From NCBI GenBank assembly GCA_031835245.2, contig JAVKOQ020000049.1:233399-253398 (forward strand): DNA of 20,000 nt. Direction: 5' to 3'. This stretch comes from Balamuthia mandrillaris (lineage: Eukaryota). The notes beneath the pieces were generated by a model that saw nothing but the letters and a program-made list of their open reading frames with translations, made no database searches and was not told the DNA's origin. Below are positions 1-9,816 of the stretch, piece by piece. How positions within the stretch are numbered: position 1 is the first letter of the stretch; each line of letters starts with the position of its first letter. Position numbers and translations under genes: made by a program.

Positions 1-58
1 CAGCAAGCATGTATGTTGCTGTGCTAGTCCAGATGCACGTACAAGAGAAGTAGCAGAG

Positions 59-327
59 TGTTAGAAAGGGCGAATAACATGAACAGATGGGGCCAAAACG
101 TATTATTCAAAGAGGGAACAAGGGAACAAAGGGTGTCAAGAGGGAAAGGTGTGGTGTGAACAAAACAAAACTAACTAACTGAAAGAAAGAGAGAAGGAAG
201 CAACAGAATAAAAGGAAGAAGCCTAGTGATATGGCAGTAGGCAATTGGTCCACATCACAGATGTCAACAGAAAGGAAAGGAAAGGAAAGGGGCAATAGAA
301 CTAATATGTTGAGAGTAATTCTCAACA
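59..327. mobile_element. Solo LTR (family D, 269 bp)
   Basis: TGTTAG...TCAACA termini, flanked by an exact 4-bp direct repeat AGAG (55-58 and 328-331). Confidence 0.7.
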
Positions 328-434
328 AGAGCTAGCTGAGGTAACAGAAGAAGGAGCAGAGCTGCTGGGAGCTTGTTGGTTCTTGCACAATAGCTTGTTG
401 GTAAAATCATCAACACTTATCTCAAGACTCCTCA

Positions 435-630
435 TGTTGGATCCGTCCCGGACCCTCAGCTCTCCTTTCTTTTGTATCCCCAATCCTTCCTTTCTCCCTT
501 TTCTCCCTTTCTCTTAGTGTACTTTGAAGCACGTCGGAGATTCACTCTCGTTGTCCTTCCTCTATTCTCTTGAATACACTCCTTGTCTCGTCACCAACTC
601 TTTCCTTCCTAAGGTTGGATTCAACCAACA
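435..630 (+). mobile_element. LTR (family E, 196 bp), possibly a 5' LTR followed by a primer-binding site
   Basis: Perfect TGTTGG...CCAACA terminal inverted repeat. No TSD. Followed after 4 nt by TGGCGC (635-640), which resembles a tRNA PBS. Confidence 0.5.
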
Positions 631-665
631 AGCTTGGCGCATTGATCCTTTGTGTGGCTAGGTTT

Positions 666-802
666 TGTTATACCACTCTCCCATAATACCTATCCCTATC
701 TCTCCTTGTATATATATTTCTTTCTTTCATTCTATTAAAGGTCTTTCCCTGCACACAACGAGTTAGTATCTGTTGGGTTGTTCCCTCACTGGCCTTATCA
801 CA
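666..802 (+). mobile_element. Very short solo LTR (family A, copy 1, 137 bp)
   Basis: TGTTATA...TATCACA termini; reverse complement of 8952-9091 and 17054-17191. Contains TATATA and ATTAAA in this orientation. Flanks GTTT/ATTT (3/4 match). Confidence 0.75.
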
Positions 803-1247
803 ATTTCTTGCCATAGGAACATGTAGCACCCAGAGTGCAAGGGAGTTGAGGGTATGAAGATGATTGTCTTGTGCTCTTGTGGCTTTTTTCTGAAGAAGAA
901 GGAAGGAAAGCGGCTTCTACTAGGATAGTGATTCCAGCTACCATCATAAGGTCTCGAGGTTTATCCCAGATAGTTTGTTGTTTATAGTGCGTTTTGAGGG
1001 GTTCTAGGATAGACAAAAGAAAAAAGAAAAAAACAAAGAAACAAGAAGAAGTATAACAACAAAAGTGAAAAAGAGAGAGAAAGGAAGAGTAAGGGATGAA
1101 AGGAGAAGTAATAAAAAAACCTTGAACACAGTATTAAGTACTTCCAATAATGCTTCACTGACATGATGAACCCAAAATCTAAAAGTTTTGGAAGTATAAC
1201 AGCAAAAAGTGCAACTCACATCCTTAGTGGGATACACTTCCAAAAAA

Positions 1248-1393
1248 TAAAGTATCCAAAGCACTTTTCACCCAAGACCAACTACAGGAGGCTGAAAATG
1301 AACACAGGCTGGGTTTTCCTTCCTTAAAGTATCCAAAGCACTTTTCACCCAAGACCAACTACAGGAGGCTGAAAATGAACACAGGCTGGGTTT
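1248..1393. repeat. Perfect 69-bp direct duplication (period 77)
   Basis: TAAAGTATCCAAAGCAC...GCTGGGTTT at 1248-1316 and 1325-1393, separated by 8 nt. Confidence 0.95.
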
Positions 1394-1512
1394 ATCTTTG
1401 CCTTGCCCTTGCTCTTTAACGTCACCCTCAGTTTCACCTGAGCCCTTGTCCTCATCCTCGCTCTCATCTTCACCTTTGCTCTTACCCTTGTCCTTGCCCT
1501 TTTGCAAAAAAA

Positions 1513-1597
1513 GGAAAAGTTCCCAGAAACCTTTGTGAAAGTTTAAGGCCCCTGGAAAAGTTCCTAGAAAAATGTTTCCTTATATAGGAATTTTTCC
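1513..1597 (+). repeat. Left terminal inverted repeat of the MULE
   Basis: 1515-1597 aligns without gaps to the reverse complement of 6340-6422: 53/83 identities by hand, 24/30 in the outer part. Built of GGAAAAGTTCC / GGAATTTTTCC sub-motifs. Confidence 0.7.
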
Positions 1598-1905
1598 GGG
1601 CAAATGCCTTATAAGTGACACACTGGCTCCTATCATCCAGAGGAGCTCTCTCCTGTCTACCTTGCCAGTTTTTGCTGTAGTATCTTATCCTTTCCTTGCC
1701 GTTACTGAAACAAAAATTTCCTTTTTAAAACAGAGACAAGAGCGAAGGAAAGAAAAAAGGGTCTTGTGCAACCAAGCAGGATCAGCTGTGAAGGAGCGGC
1801 ACTTTTTAGCAGTACTTTTTCTGCGGGTGAGAGCAAAAGAGAAGGTGGTCAGGTTTTATTTGGCTCCATTTGGTTGTGGCTAACTTGTGTCTCATCAGTA
1901 TTTGC

Positions 1906-2830
1906 ATGGCTGACAACGTTTCCTCCTCAAAGAAACTACAAGAAAGAAAGTATCGAGGCGAAAGGCTGACGCCTTTAATGAGCGTGGCAGAAAGAACACG
2001 AAAGTTCAGGGAACAACAAAAGAAACAAGTTCTCAGTCGGTTCATTCCTACAACCCCGAAACACAGAGAATTAGCGGCAACAGCGTTTGAAGACAAGCCA
2101 GCTACTTTCTCTCAAACGGGCTACCGGCGACTGAAGGAGGATCACGTCGGCTATGCAGTGGTCCTCCTTATCCATGCAGTTAGAAAGGAGCTATGCACGG
2201 GCTGTTCGAAGGACATAGAAGAGCTCGCTGGACAGTTGCCAAAACAGTATAAAAAGAAGACTAACCGCGAGGAGCAGGTAACTGTTCGTCTTGGTTGGTG
2301 GTCTCGCTACCGTAAAAGCATTGTGGAAGTCAAAGGCACAAGCCATCCACTCTCCAAAAAGTGGCTAAACAAACATAAGCCGATATTTGAGAAGGTGGCC
2401 TCTCATTTGAAGCAGCAGTTTCCGGAGCTGTTTGCAAGGTACATGGAGGTAAACGTTGAAGTGGAAAAGGCTCCTGGAAAACATAATCCATTTGCTCCAT
2501 TTGGTATGTTTTTTTTTAAATTTTATCAACACACATCTTTTGTTTATTTACCTCTTGTATTTCTCCTAGTACAGCAACAATAGTTATAAATGTTAACTTC
2601 TGCATGAGTGCTCATTTCGACAAAAATGACTATAGGGGTGGAGTGACAGCAATCCTTGTTCTTGGTACCTTTACGGATGGTGGTGCTCTTGTGTTACCAG
2701 AACTAAACATAAGAATAGAAGCAAAACCTGGAGATTTGATTTTTTTAATGGTTTTGATATTAAACACAAAGTGGTAACCTCCATTGTATCTTTTTGTCAT
2801 CATGATATGCTCAGTTTTGTATTGCAGTGA
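1906..2830 (+). pseudogene. 2OG-Fe(II) dioxygenase, TET/JBP-like (exons 1906-2503 and 2575-2830; frameshift at T-run 2740-2746)
   Basis: Spliced translation: ...HNPFAPF-A-TIVINVNFCMSAHFDKNDYRGGVTAILVLGTFTDGGALVLPELNIRIEAKPGDLIF[frameshift]NGFDIKHKVVTSIVSFCHHDMLSFVLQ*. HxD at 2613-2621, GGxLxxP and PGDxIF strands, distal His at 2765. The 2OG-binding Arg (RxS) is not visible, suggesting a small deletion. Confidence 0.8.
2504..2574 (+). other. Spliceosomal intron (71 nt) in the dioxygenase gene
   Basis: GTATGT donor, pyrimidine-rich body, CAG acceptor. Phase-1 splicing (G+CA) joins the 1870 ORF in frame to the HxD exon. Confidence 0.8.
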
Positions 2831-4375
2831 ATTAATTATTAATAAAAGGAAGGTATCTCTGTTCGACTCCAAGTGAAGCAACTTTTGTTTTTTTTTTTCA
2901 TTTGTTATTTTTGATCTTTGTTTGAAATCCTTTCTTCATATATTTTATCATAAAAGGTGGAGATCTTCCTAGTCGACATAAATTATGGCCTCCAATAAGC
3001 ATTTGTTTTAGTGATTGAAATTCATTGGTTAGTTTCTGTTGATTTATGAATTATGATTTGTTATTCAAGTCCGAAATATTCGAAGTAAAAAATGGCACCA
3101 AATGTATAACGGTTATATTTCCATATTAAGATTGTATGACCTTTGAAAAAATAAGAAATAGCAGTTTGATATTTTCTTTTGTCAAACGTGAAAGCAGTAG
3201 CCCAAGTTCCAACAGAATGAAAACCACTTCTCATCAGCAGCACTATAAAGGTTGGAGCTTTGTTTCTTCTATCCCTGTCAAGGATTTACCCCTATTCATG
3301 CTTGGCTTGTCCCCTGGTGCCCCGGTTGCCTTTCAATGTCGTTGGAAAACCAAAGGGATTGTTTGGTCAAAAGACGTTTTCGCCTGGAATCAGGTGAACC
3401 CGAGAGAAGGCCCAAATCTGGAGCTCAGTGTTGGAGAGGCGAAGAGGAATACCCCAGTGCTCTCTGAAGTTGTTTGGTGCAATGACAAAATGGACTGCAC
3501 CCCGCCAGCGAGTGCCACTAACAAACGGATGAGTGCCTGCGGAAAACAGGCTCGATGGGCCATCTTTTCGGAGGATCTCCACACAGCGTGGAATTACCAC
3601 ACCGGGAGCCATGGAGAACGTTTCGCCCTCTACCACGATGTGCTGCCTGTTCCTGCTTTTCTTAAGAAGGAGATTCTTTCACGGGATGGATTGGAAACCA
3701 GTGCAGGAGGCCTAATCACTGCATCCTCTGCAAGGTGCCAGTTGGAAGCAGGGGCAATGTCTGGCTTGCCTGCTGCCATCCCAAAAGAGCTGCTGCCATC
3801 TGTGGCCAAGATTCAAGACATCATCGCATACGGAAGGAGGAAGCAGCGAGGTCAACAAGGGGAGCAGCCGTTAAGCCGCCAAGAGAGACTGCAACAAGCG
3901 TTGTCCTGAGAAACTATGTCCCCCTTCGTAGCTTGGCCTCGGCGGAGCCTCAGAGAGGGATACTTTCGCACGCAGCAGCTGCAAAGTAGTTGGATGATCA
4001 TTCTTCTGGTGCCCCGTGCAGGAGAGCTTCTGGAAATGTGGGGCCAGGACATTGTAGGGCTGGACGCAATCTGGAAGCTTTCCAAAGCCGAGCTCCCAGT
4101 GTGGGGCTTGGTAGTTGAGGATGAACTTGGTCATCTGTGGCCAGTGGGCTTCCTTATTACCAACAAGGCCAAGGCAGAGGCAATTACCTTCTTCCTTCAG
4201 CTGCTTCAAACAAAGATGGCAGCTGACTTCCCAGACATCAACTGGAACCCCATTACAATGATGGACAAGGATAGGACAATCCGAAAGGCTGCGGTGGATG
4301 CAGGTTTCTCTTTTCTTTTGTGTGAGTTTCACGTTCAAAAACGATGGAGGCAAAAAACCTTGCGTTATAAAGACG

Positions 4376-4457
4376 GTACTTTGTTGTTACCTCTTGTTTC
4401 CTTTTGTCTTTGATTTCGTTGTTACTAACGCTGCGCTATGTTCCTTTTTCCTCGCAG
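4376..4457 (+). other. Spliceosomal intron (82 nt) in the transposase
   Basis: GTACTT donor, TACTAAC branch point at 4423-4429, polypyrimidine tract and GCAG acceptor. Phase-1 join gives RYKD-D-QSAIM in frame. Confidence 0.9.
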
Positions 4458-5272
4458 ACCAATCTGCGATCATGGCTTTGTTGAAACGTGTTCAGCATGC
4501 TCCGACAGAGGAAGAGGAAGAGGAGGCGCTTGAGCTGCTTGAATCGTCGTTTGGTGACTTTTACACCTACTTCAAAGCCAACTGGTTGTCTGCTGATTGA
4601 AAAGATGCGTGGACGACCAAAAGTCGCCCTGGTTTCAGAGAAGGCCTGTACAACACCAACAACGTGACGGAAGCTTTATGGAAGAAGGTAGTGCGGCTGG
4701 ACTTCCATCAAAAAAAGGCCAAAGCACCAGAAACTATGCTGGTTACCTTGGGAGAAACGACCCTTGCATCGCACGACCTGGCGTTTCAGCAGAGATTGGC
4801 GGCCAAAAAGAAACCTAGACCTTCCAGGAGTATCCGTGCACTCTGGATAAGGCAGGCAAAGGGCTGGAAACTGGCGCAGGAAGGCTACTTCTCTCCGATA
4901 ACCAACCGTCACTTCTCCTTTGGCGAATACTACGTGTGTTTCGACCCTTGGCACTGTAGCTGCAACTTCTACCGTTGCACTGGCAAACGGTGTAAGCACA
5001 TTTTTGCGCTGAGCTACCACTTTCAAAGGGAGTTCCCACGAGAAAGCTGTCCTTTTGACCATCCACATCCTGCTTCTGTTCGAATTCCCACAGATCCTGC
5101 TGCAGTCGAAAGCGATCCCAGCGATGACAGCGACTCTGACCCTACCAATGCTTCTAGTGATGATAGCGGCCGTGTCTATGAGGACACCACCAGCGATGAT
5201 GACAAGGAGGAGGGCACCGATGATGATCATTGTCACCCAGATAAAGCGGAAGCAGCAGCCGCAGATAAAGAT

Positions 5273-5377
5273 GAGGAGGAGGAGAAGGAGAAGGAGAAGG
5301 AGGAGGAAGAGGAAAAGGAGGAGGAGGAGGAGGAGGAGAAGGAGGAGGAGGAGGAGGAGGAGGAGGAGGAGGAGGAG
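5273..5377 (+). repeat. (GAG)n/(GAGAAG) microsatellite encoding poly-Glu/Lys
   Basis: Seen directly; lies in the transposase reading frame. Confidence 0.95.
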
Positions 5378-6339
5378 GCTCATGATGGCGAAGCTGAGGT
5401 GGATGATAGTGAAAAGGAGGATCCGGAATGGAGCCAAGTATTAACACAACCTACGCTGAACTTTTCCTATGAAGAGGAAAGGCGACTAGACGAGGAATGG
5501 AACTCTCGTAGGGTTTCTCGAGGTAGACCAAGAAACACGGAGAAACATTTCGCGCTCCCAACCCGACGGAAGAAGAAACCCTCCAAGCAGCAAGAGCTCA
5601 GCAAAGCTATTTCTGCAAATTTGGAAAACAGCCGACCAAAGCAACCTCCGTCAGCCAAACCACACAACGGCAAGCCCAAAGCCACAACTGGCAAAAAGAA
5701 AGTCCCTCCAGCAACAGGCGTCAAGGCTCCCAGAAAGAACAACAAGGCAAAACCACCCACCAGCAACAAAGCTGCGTGTAACCACAAGCCGCCCACTAGC
5801 CCTGCCTCTACAACCTATGTAAAAAAGAAGACGCATGGCCATTATGGCATGAGCCCACTATCGCCGTGGAAAGGAGACGTAAGTAATCGCTTTAGCCCAG
5901 CTCCACCAGGAAGCAAGAGGACACGGCGGCCCAACCCTCGGTACCAGAATGAGGAACTAATTGTGCCACCTAAGCCAGCACAGCATGCAAGGAAAACTTC
6001 CTCCACCATCTCCATCTCCTCCTCCGTCTCCAACTCTATCTCTCCTTCTTCTCATTTTTCAGCGTCTCCCAACCCATCTCCTCTTCCTCTGCCTCCTCCT
6101 CAAGCCACCCACACTGCTTCTTCTCCCCTCCAAGTCGCTGCAACAACCACTCCCCCAGCAAACTCAACTTCCACCGTGCCAGTTGTTTCTCAGAGACAGC
6201 CCAGACGCCTTGCAAGGAGGAAAAGACAACAGCAAAAACACGTTTCCGTTACAAAATAAATTTACTTTACACCCTTTCCTTCTTGGCGACCACCATCATC
6301 AGCTGGCTGTTACTCCCGATCTCTCCTCTTTTAACGCAA

Positions 6340-6425
6340 GGAAAAATTTCGGGAATGGTAAAAATTCCTGTTGAAACCTTTACCTACCTTTGAAACTTTT
6401 ACAAAAATTCTTGAGAACTTTTACC
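6340..6425 (-). repeat. Right terminal inverted repeat of the MULE
   Basis: Reverse complement GGTAAAAGTTCTCAAGAATTTTTGTAAAAGTTT... matches the left end GGAAAAGTTCCCAGAAACCTTTGTGAAAGTTT...; begins 80 nt after the transposase stop codon. Confidence 0.7.
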
Positions 6426-6781
6426 TGTGTCGCTGCCCTTTTTTTAAGGTTTGCATAAGTAAAATGAGACTCTCTATTTTCTTTTATAAGGTTTTTTGTC
6501 TGTAAGTAGTGAGACCATAAAACATTTTACACAAATACACATACATAAACATACAATAAGTAATGAAAGATACAAGACATGGACTATAGAGGAACTAAAA
6601 GTTGTAAGTGACACCATCAAAAGTGCTAGCAGCAGCAGGGGAAAGTGAAGCTTCCCCAGATGATGATGGGGCACTAGTAGAAAGAGGGGGAACACCAAAT
6701 CGTGGCGACTTGAGGCACTGACTCACAAAGCTAATGAGGTGGGGGTTCATATCCTCGGACTTTGCCATCCGGGCATTGATT

Positions 6782-7186
6782 TGTTGGCAACTGCCAACAT
6801 AACCAACTCTTTTCTCATCATTCTTCCTTCTTTCTTTCTCTTCAGTCTTTTTCGCCAGACAGCCAACGTCATCTCTTCGATCAATCTTGTCGACACCAAA
6901 GATCAACTCGTTGTTTCCAGTCTTTTCCCCTGAAGTTTCTTCAAGCTCAGAAATTGAGAATTGGCAATTTCGCTGATGAACCCTCAATCTCTGGCCCTTA
7001 AGGTTCCCTTCTTAACTATAAATTGGTTCTTCTTTTATTTTCTTCACTCGAGGTTGCAGTTCACAAACAGAGGACAAACACACACACACAATCACACACT
7101 TATCTTTTCTCTTTCATGCATTAAATTACATTGGGCTCTCATCACTCTGTTGTTTCTTTTCTTGGTCCTATTCTCTTTGTTTAACA
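6782..7186 (+). mobile_element. LTR (family C, copy 1, 405 bp)
   Basis: TGTTGG...TTAACA termini; near-identical direct repeat of 14101-14493. No TSD and no PBS at this copy. Confidence 0.8.
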
Positions 7187-7296
7187 TCCTCTTCCACAGA
7201 TTCCCTTCCTGCAGCCGGTTCTTCCTCATTCCTCCTCAAGTTTACTACTGCCAAGACCTCTGCCAGCAATTTGGCAAACAGGAGCTTGTTGCCCTC

Positions 7297-7819
7297 ATGA
7301 CTACTACCAACAGTACCCCTTCACCTCCTGCTCTGGCACCTACCCCTGTGGACTCCAAGGCCATCCATGGAAAGATCAAGCACCTTCGGTTTCCTACATT
7401 TGATGGCCAGAACGTTGTCCCATTTCTGGAGCAGCTGACCATAATAATCACACTCTCCAACTGTGAAGATCATACAGAACTATGGTGGGGCAAAGCTAAG
7501 ACTAGAGTCGCATCTGCATTCATGGGTGATGCTCAAAAATGGATCTTGTCCAAAGCTCCGTGACAGCCTCCATTCATGGGCCAGTTTCAAGATGGCCTTG
7601 CAACAAACCTTCTCTCTAGCTGACAGCACTGCTGCCCGTGCCACTATGCTCAAGAAACTTATGCAAGGCAACATGGGGGTCAGGCCATTCTATGATCATT
7701 GGACAACTGTCTACGATGAGATCTACTCTGACACCAATGAGGAGGTCAAGTTTGACACCTTCTGTGAGAAGCTCAGTGAGCATAATCAATTAAACCTACA
7801 GGGAGCCATTTGGTTGTGA
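7297..7819 (+). pseudogene. Ty3/gypsy gag fragment (frameshift near 7560)
   Basis: FPTFDG, FMGDAQKW, then in the next frame SWASFKMALQQTF and LKKLMQGNMGVRPFY: the retrotransposon gag capsid pattern. Confidence 0.75.
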
Positions 7820-7939
7820 CTGTATCCCACAGTCATCTTCATCATCTGACTGGCTGCCTTCCCCTCTGTCTTCAAAAGTAACCTGAATGCGGTTCTTTGG
7901 ATGAGTAACAGTGTTGACTGTACCAAGAGCGAACAGTTC

Positions 7940-8245
7940 ACAGCTCAGACTATCAGCATTGGAATGTTCTTTCCCTGGTCAGTAGGTAACTCAGACGTGA
8001 CCAAATTCCTGCAGCTTGGCAATCCACCTCACCAACTTGTCCAAAGGGTTTTTCTGGAAGAACAGCCACTATAGCGCCAAATGGTTGGTGATGACACATT
8101 CTAGCTACTAAAGAACATAATGTCTCCAATGCTGTAGGAAAAAGACAACGGCATAAGCCTTCTTCTCCATGGCACTCCAATTGAGCTGCTGACCAGAAAG
8201 CTTCTTGCTACTGTAGGCTACAACGTGATATAGCCCATCCTCTCC
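7940..8245 (-). pseudogene. Ty3/gypsy RNase H fragment with multiple stops
   Basis: Minus-strand translation: GEDGLYHVVAYSSKKLSGQQLNWSAMEKKAYAVVFFLQHWRHYVL**..TNHLAL*WL..KLVRWIAKLQEF..Y*PGKEHSNADSLS. Confidence 0.85.
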
Positions 8246-8425
8246 AAGGCGGTGCAAGATTGCCCTCGCCCAACTACCAGAAAGCAACTACAAAGCTTTC
8301 TCAGACTTGCAAACTACTATCGCAAGTTTATCCATCATCTCACGAAGATGGTGAAGCCCTTCACTGACCTCATGAGCCCAAAAACGAAGTTCATGTGGAG
8401 CAACAAGCAGGAACAGGTGTTTTAA
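8246..8425 (+). pseudogene. Ty3/gypsy RT thumb/connection fragment, inverted relative to the flanking pol pieces
   Basis: Plus-strand translation: KAVQDCPRPTTRKQLQSFLRLANYYRKFIHHLTKMVKPFTDLMSPKTKFMWSNKQEQVF*. Confidence 0.85.
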
Positions 8426-8710
8426 CAGGACAAGGCACACATATTTGTGGTATGCTCCTCCATAAGAAAGTGCCAATAACCACATGCTAAGTCAAACTTG
8501 GACCAGAATTTGGAGCCATGGAGGCAATTCAGTCCGTCCTCAACATTTGGCATAGGATAGGAGTCCTTCACTGTCCATTTGTTTAGCTCTCTGTAGTCAA
8601 TACAGAAACGTGGTTTTCGGTCCTTCTTGATGAGATGATCACTGGGTGTGCCCATTCGCTAACTGATTTGTGAATGATGCCCATGAGTAGCATGTCATCC
8701 GTGGCAGCAT
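8426..8710 (-). pseudogene. Ty3/gypsy reverse transcriptase N-terminal fragment
   Basis: DMLLMGIIHKSVSEWAHPV [frameshift] KKDRKPRFCIDYRELNKWTVKDSYPMPNVEDGLNCLHGSKFWSKFDLACGYWH; truncated before YxDD. Confidence 0.9.
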
Positions 8711-8951
8711 CTAGTGGTAGTAAAGAAGGGAGTGCCAGAAGCTTGAGGGATAGCACCACCAGAAAGAGGACTGCTCTGTGTACTAGAAGAAGGGGTTGTA
8801 CCAGTCTGCAGCAAAGTTCCTGACATTATTCGTCACCAAACACTGCTACAAAAGCGCTTCAAGTTTCCTCCGAAAACCCCAAGTATCCAAAAATAGGTAA
8901 TTACCTGAAAAACCGAACTTACCAAGAAAAAAGTAAGCCGATGTCACCAAG

Positions 8952-9091
8952 TGTGATAAGGCCGGTGAGGGAACAACCCAACGGATACCAACTCGTTGTG
9001 TGCAGGGAAAAGACCTTTAATAGAATGAAAGAAAGAAATATATATATACAAGGAGAGATAGGGATAGGTATTATGGGAGAGTGGTATAACA
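8952..9091 (-). mobile_element. Very short solo LTR (family A, copy 2, 140 bp)
   Basis: TGTGATA...TATAACA termini; matches copies 1 and 3. Flanks CAAG/CAAT (3/4 match). Confidence 0.75.
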
Positions 9092-9097
9092 CAATTC

Positions 9098-9514
9098 TTG
9101 CTAAGCATTTGGAGATACACTGCTCTTGCTGATGCTGTCACACGCCTCCACAACCGGGAGACGCGTGAAACCAAGGACAACAGCAGTCTGGTGAGTCAGT
9201 TCATCAACTATATCATCAAGGAGCACCAAACACAAGTTGTGGCCACTCTCAAGGAAACAGAAAAACGACAACTGAATGATGATGAAGATAGCCAGGCAGA
9301 TGCTAGTTCTACCTCTGCCATGGTTACCAAGAAGTCTCGGTTGGAGCTTACCCCTGTTGTTGCTGCTGCTAATCCCATGAATGCCCACTTGGTCAACCTA
9401 CAAGCCACAATGCAAAAGCTGGTGGAGGAAATCAAAGGCATCAAGCAGACACAGGTCTCAATTACTTGTAACTGCACCTGGTGTGGTTGACTCGGTCATA
9501 CTGCAGATGTTTGT
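9098..9514 (+). pseudogene. gag-like C-terminal fragment with a CCHC zinc knuckle
   Basis: Reading through TGA 9488-9490 gives CTWCG*LGHTADVC (Cx2Cx4Hx4C), preceded by a coiled-coil-like segment. Confidence 0.65.
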
Positions 9515-9816
9515 TATTCCCATGTTCCTCCTTCAGCTTGCCCTGCCAGCCAACGATGCTGCTTTCCCTTGAGCCAGTTGCCCCTTCATCCTGCCAACCT
9601 TTGCTCTTTGTGACACCTACTGGTTTGAAGCTATTTTGTAAATATGACGGGCTGAAAGGTGGAAGTAAGGCGCCTCCTGTTGTGTTCAAAGAATCTAGCG
9701 ACTCTTTGTCCAGGTGAAGGATAGAAGCACTACCCTTAGCAAAAACGAAAGAAGAAAAAGAAATAGAAGAAGAAAAGGAAGCGAAGAAGAACCAGCCAGC
9801 TCATAAACTAATTAGA

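Larger units (their letters stand above)
3136..6259 (+). pseudogene. MULE/Mutator DDE transposase with SWIM zinc finger (exons 3136-4375 and 4458-6259; in-frame TGA at 3907 and 4598)
   Basis: Four ORF-track entries form one frame after splicing. Motifs in order: N-terminal Cys/His cluster (CNDKMDC..CGK..HTGSH), IVGLDAIWK..GHLWPVGF (D1), TMMDKD (D2), LCEFHV (CxxH), YFKANWL, NTNNVTE (E), SWIM CSCNFYRCTGKRCKH, then an acidic and basic low-complexity tail. The start could also be ATG 3217. Confidence 0.9.
1513..6425 (+). mobile_element. Mutator-like (MULE) DNA transposon carrying a 2OG-Fe(II) dioxygenase cargo gene
   Basis: Degenerate TIRs (1513-1597 and 6340-6425) enclose a dioxygenase gene and a MULE-SWIM transposase. 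No TSD found, so the exact ends are uncertain; the right end may extend to CCC at 6438. Confidence 0.8.

Noticed and set aside
1248..1393. CRISPR-like repeat-spacer reading of the direct repeats
   Set aside because: Only two 69-bp units with an 8-nt gap, in a eukaryotic context with no cas genes.
1828..1898. Possible extra upstream intron of the dioxygenase gene (GTGAGA...GCTAAC...CAG)
   Set aside because: The signals are plausible, but no upstream coding exon can be supported; it needs transcript data.
4676..5447. Long poly-Leu, poly-Arg and poly-Pro ORFs (4676-5437 -, 5055-5444 +, 5154-5447 -)
   Set aside because: Alternative-frame shadows of the (GAG)n tract in the transposase.
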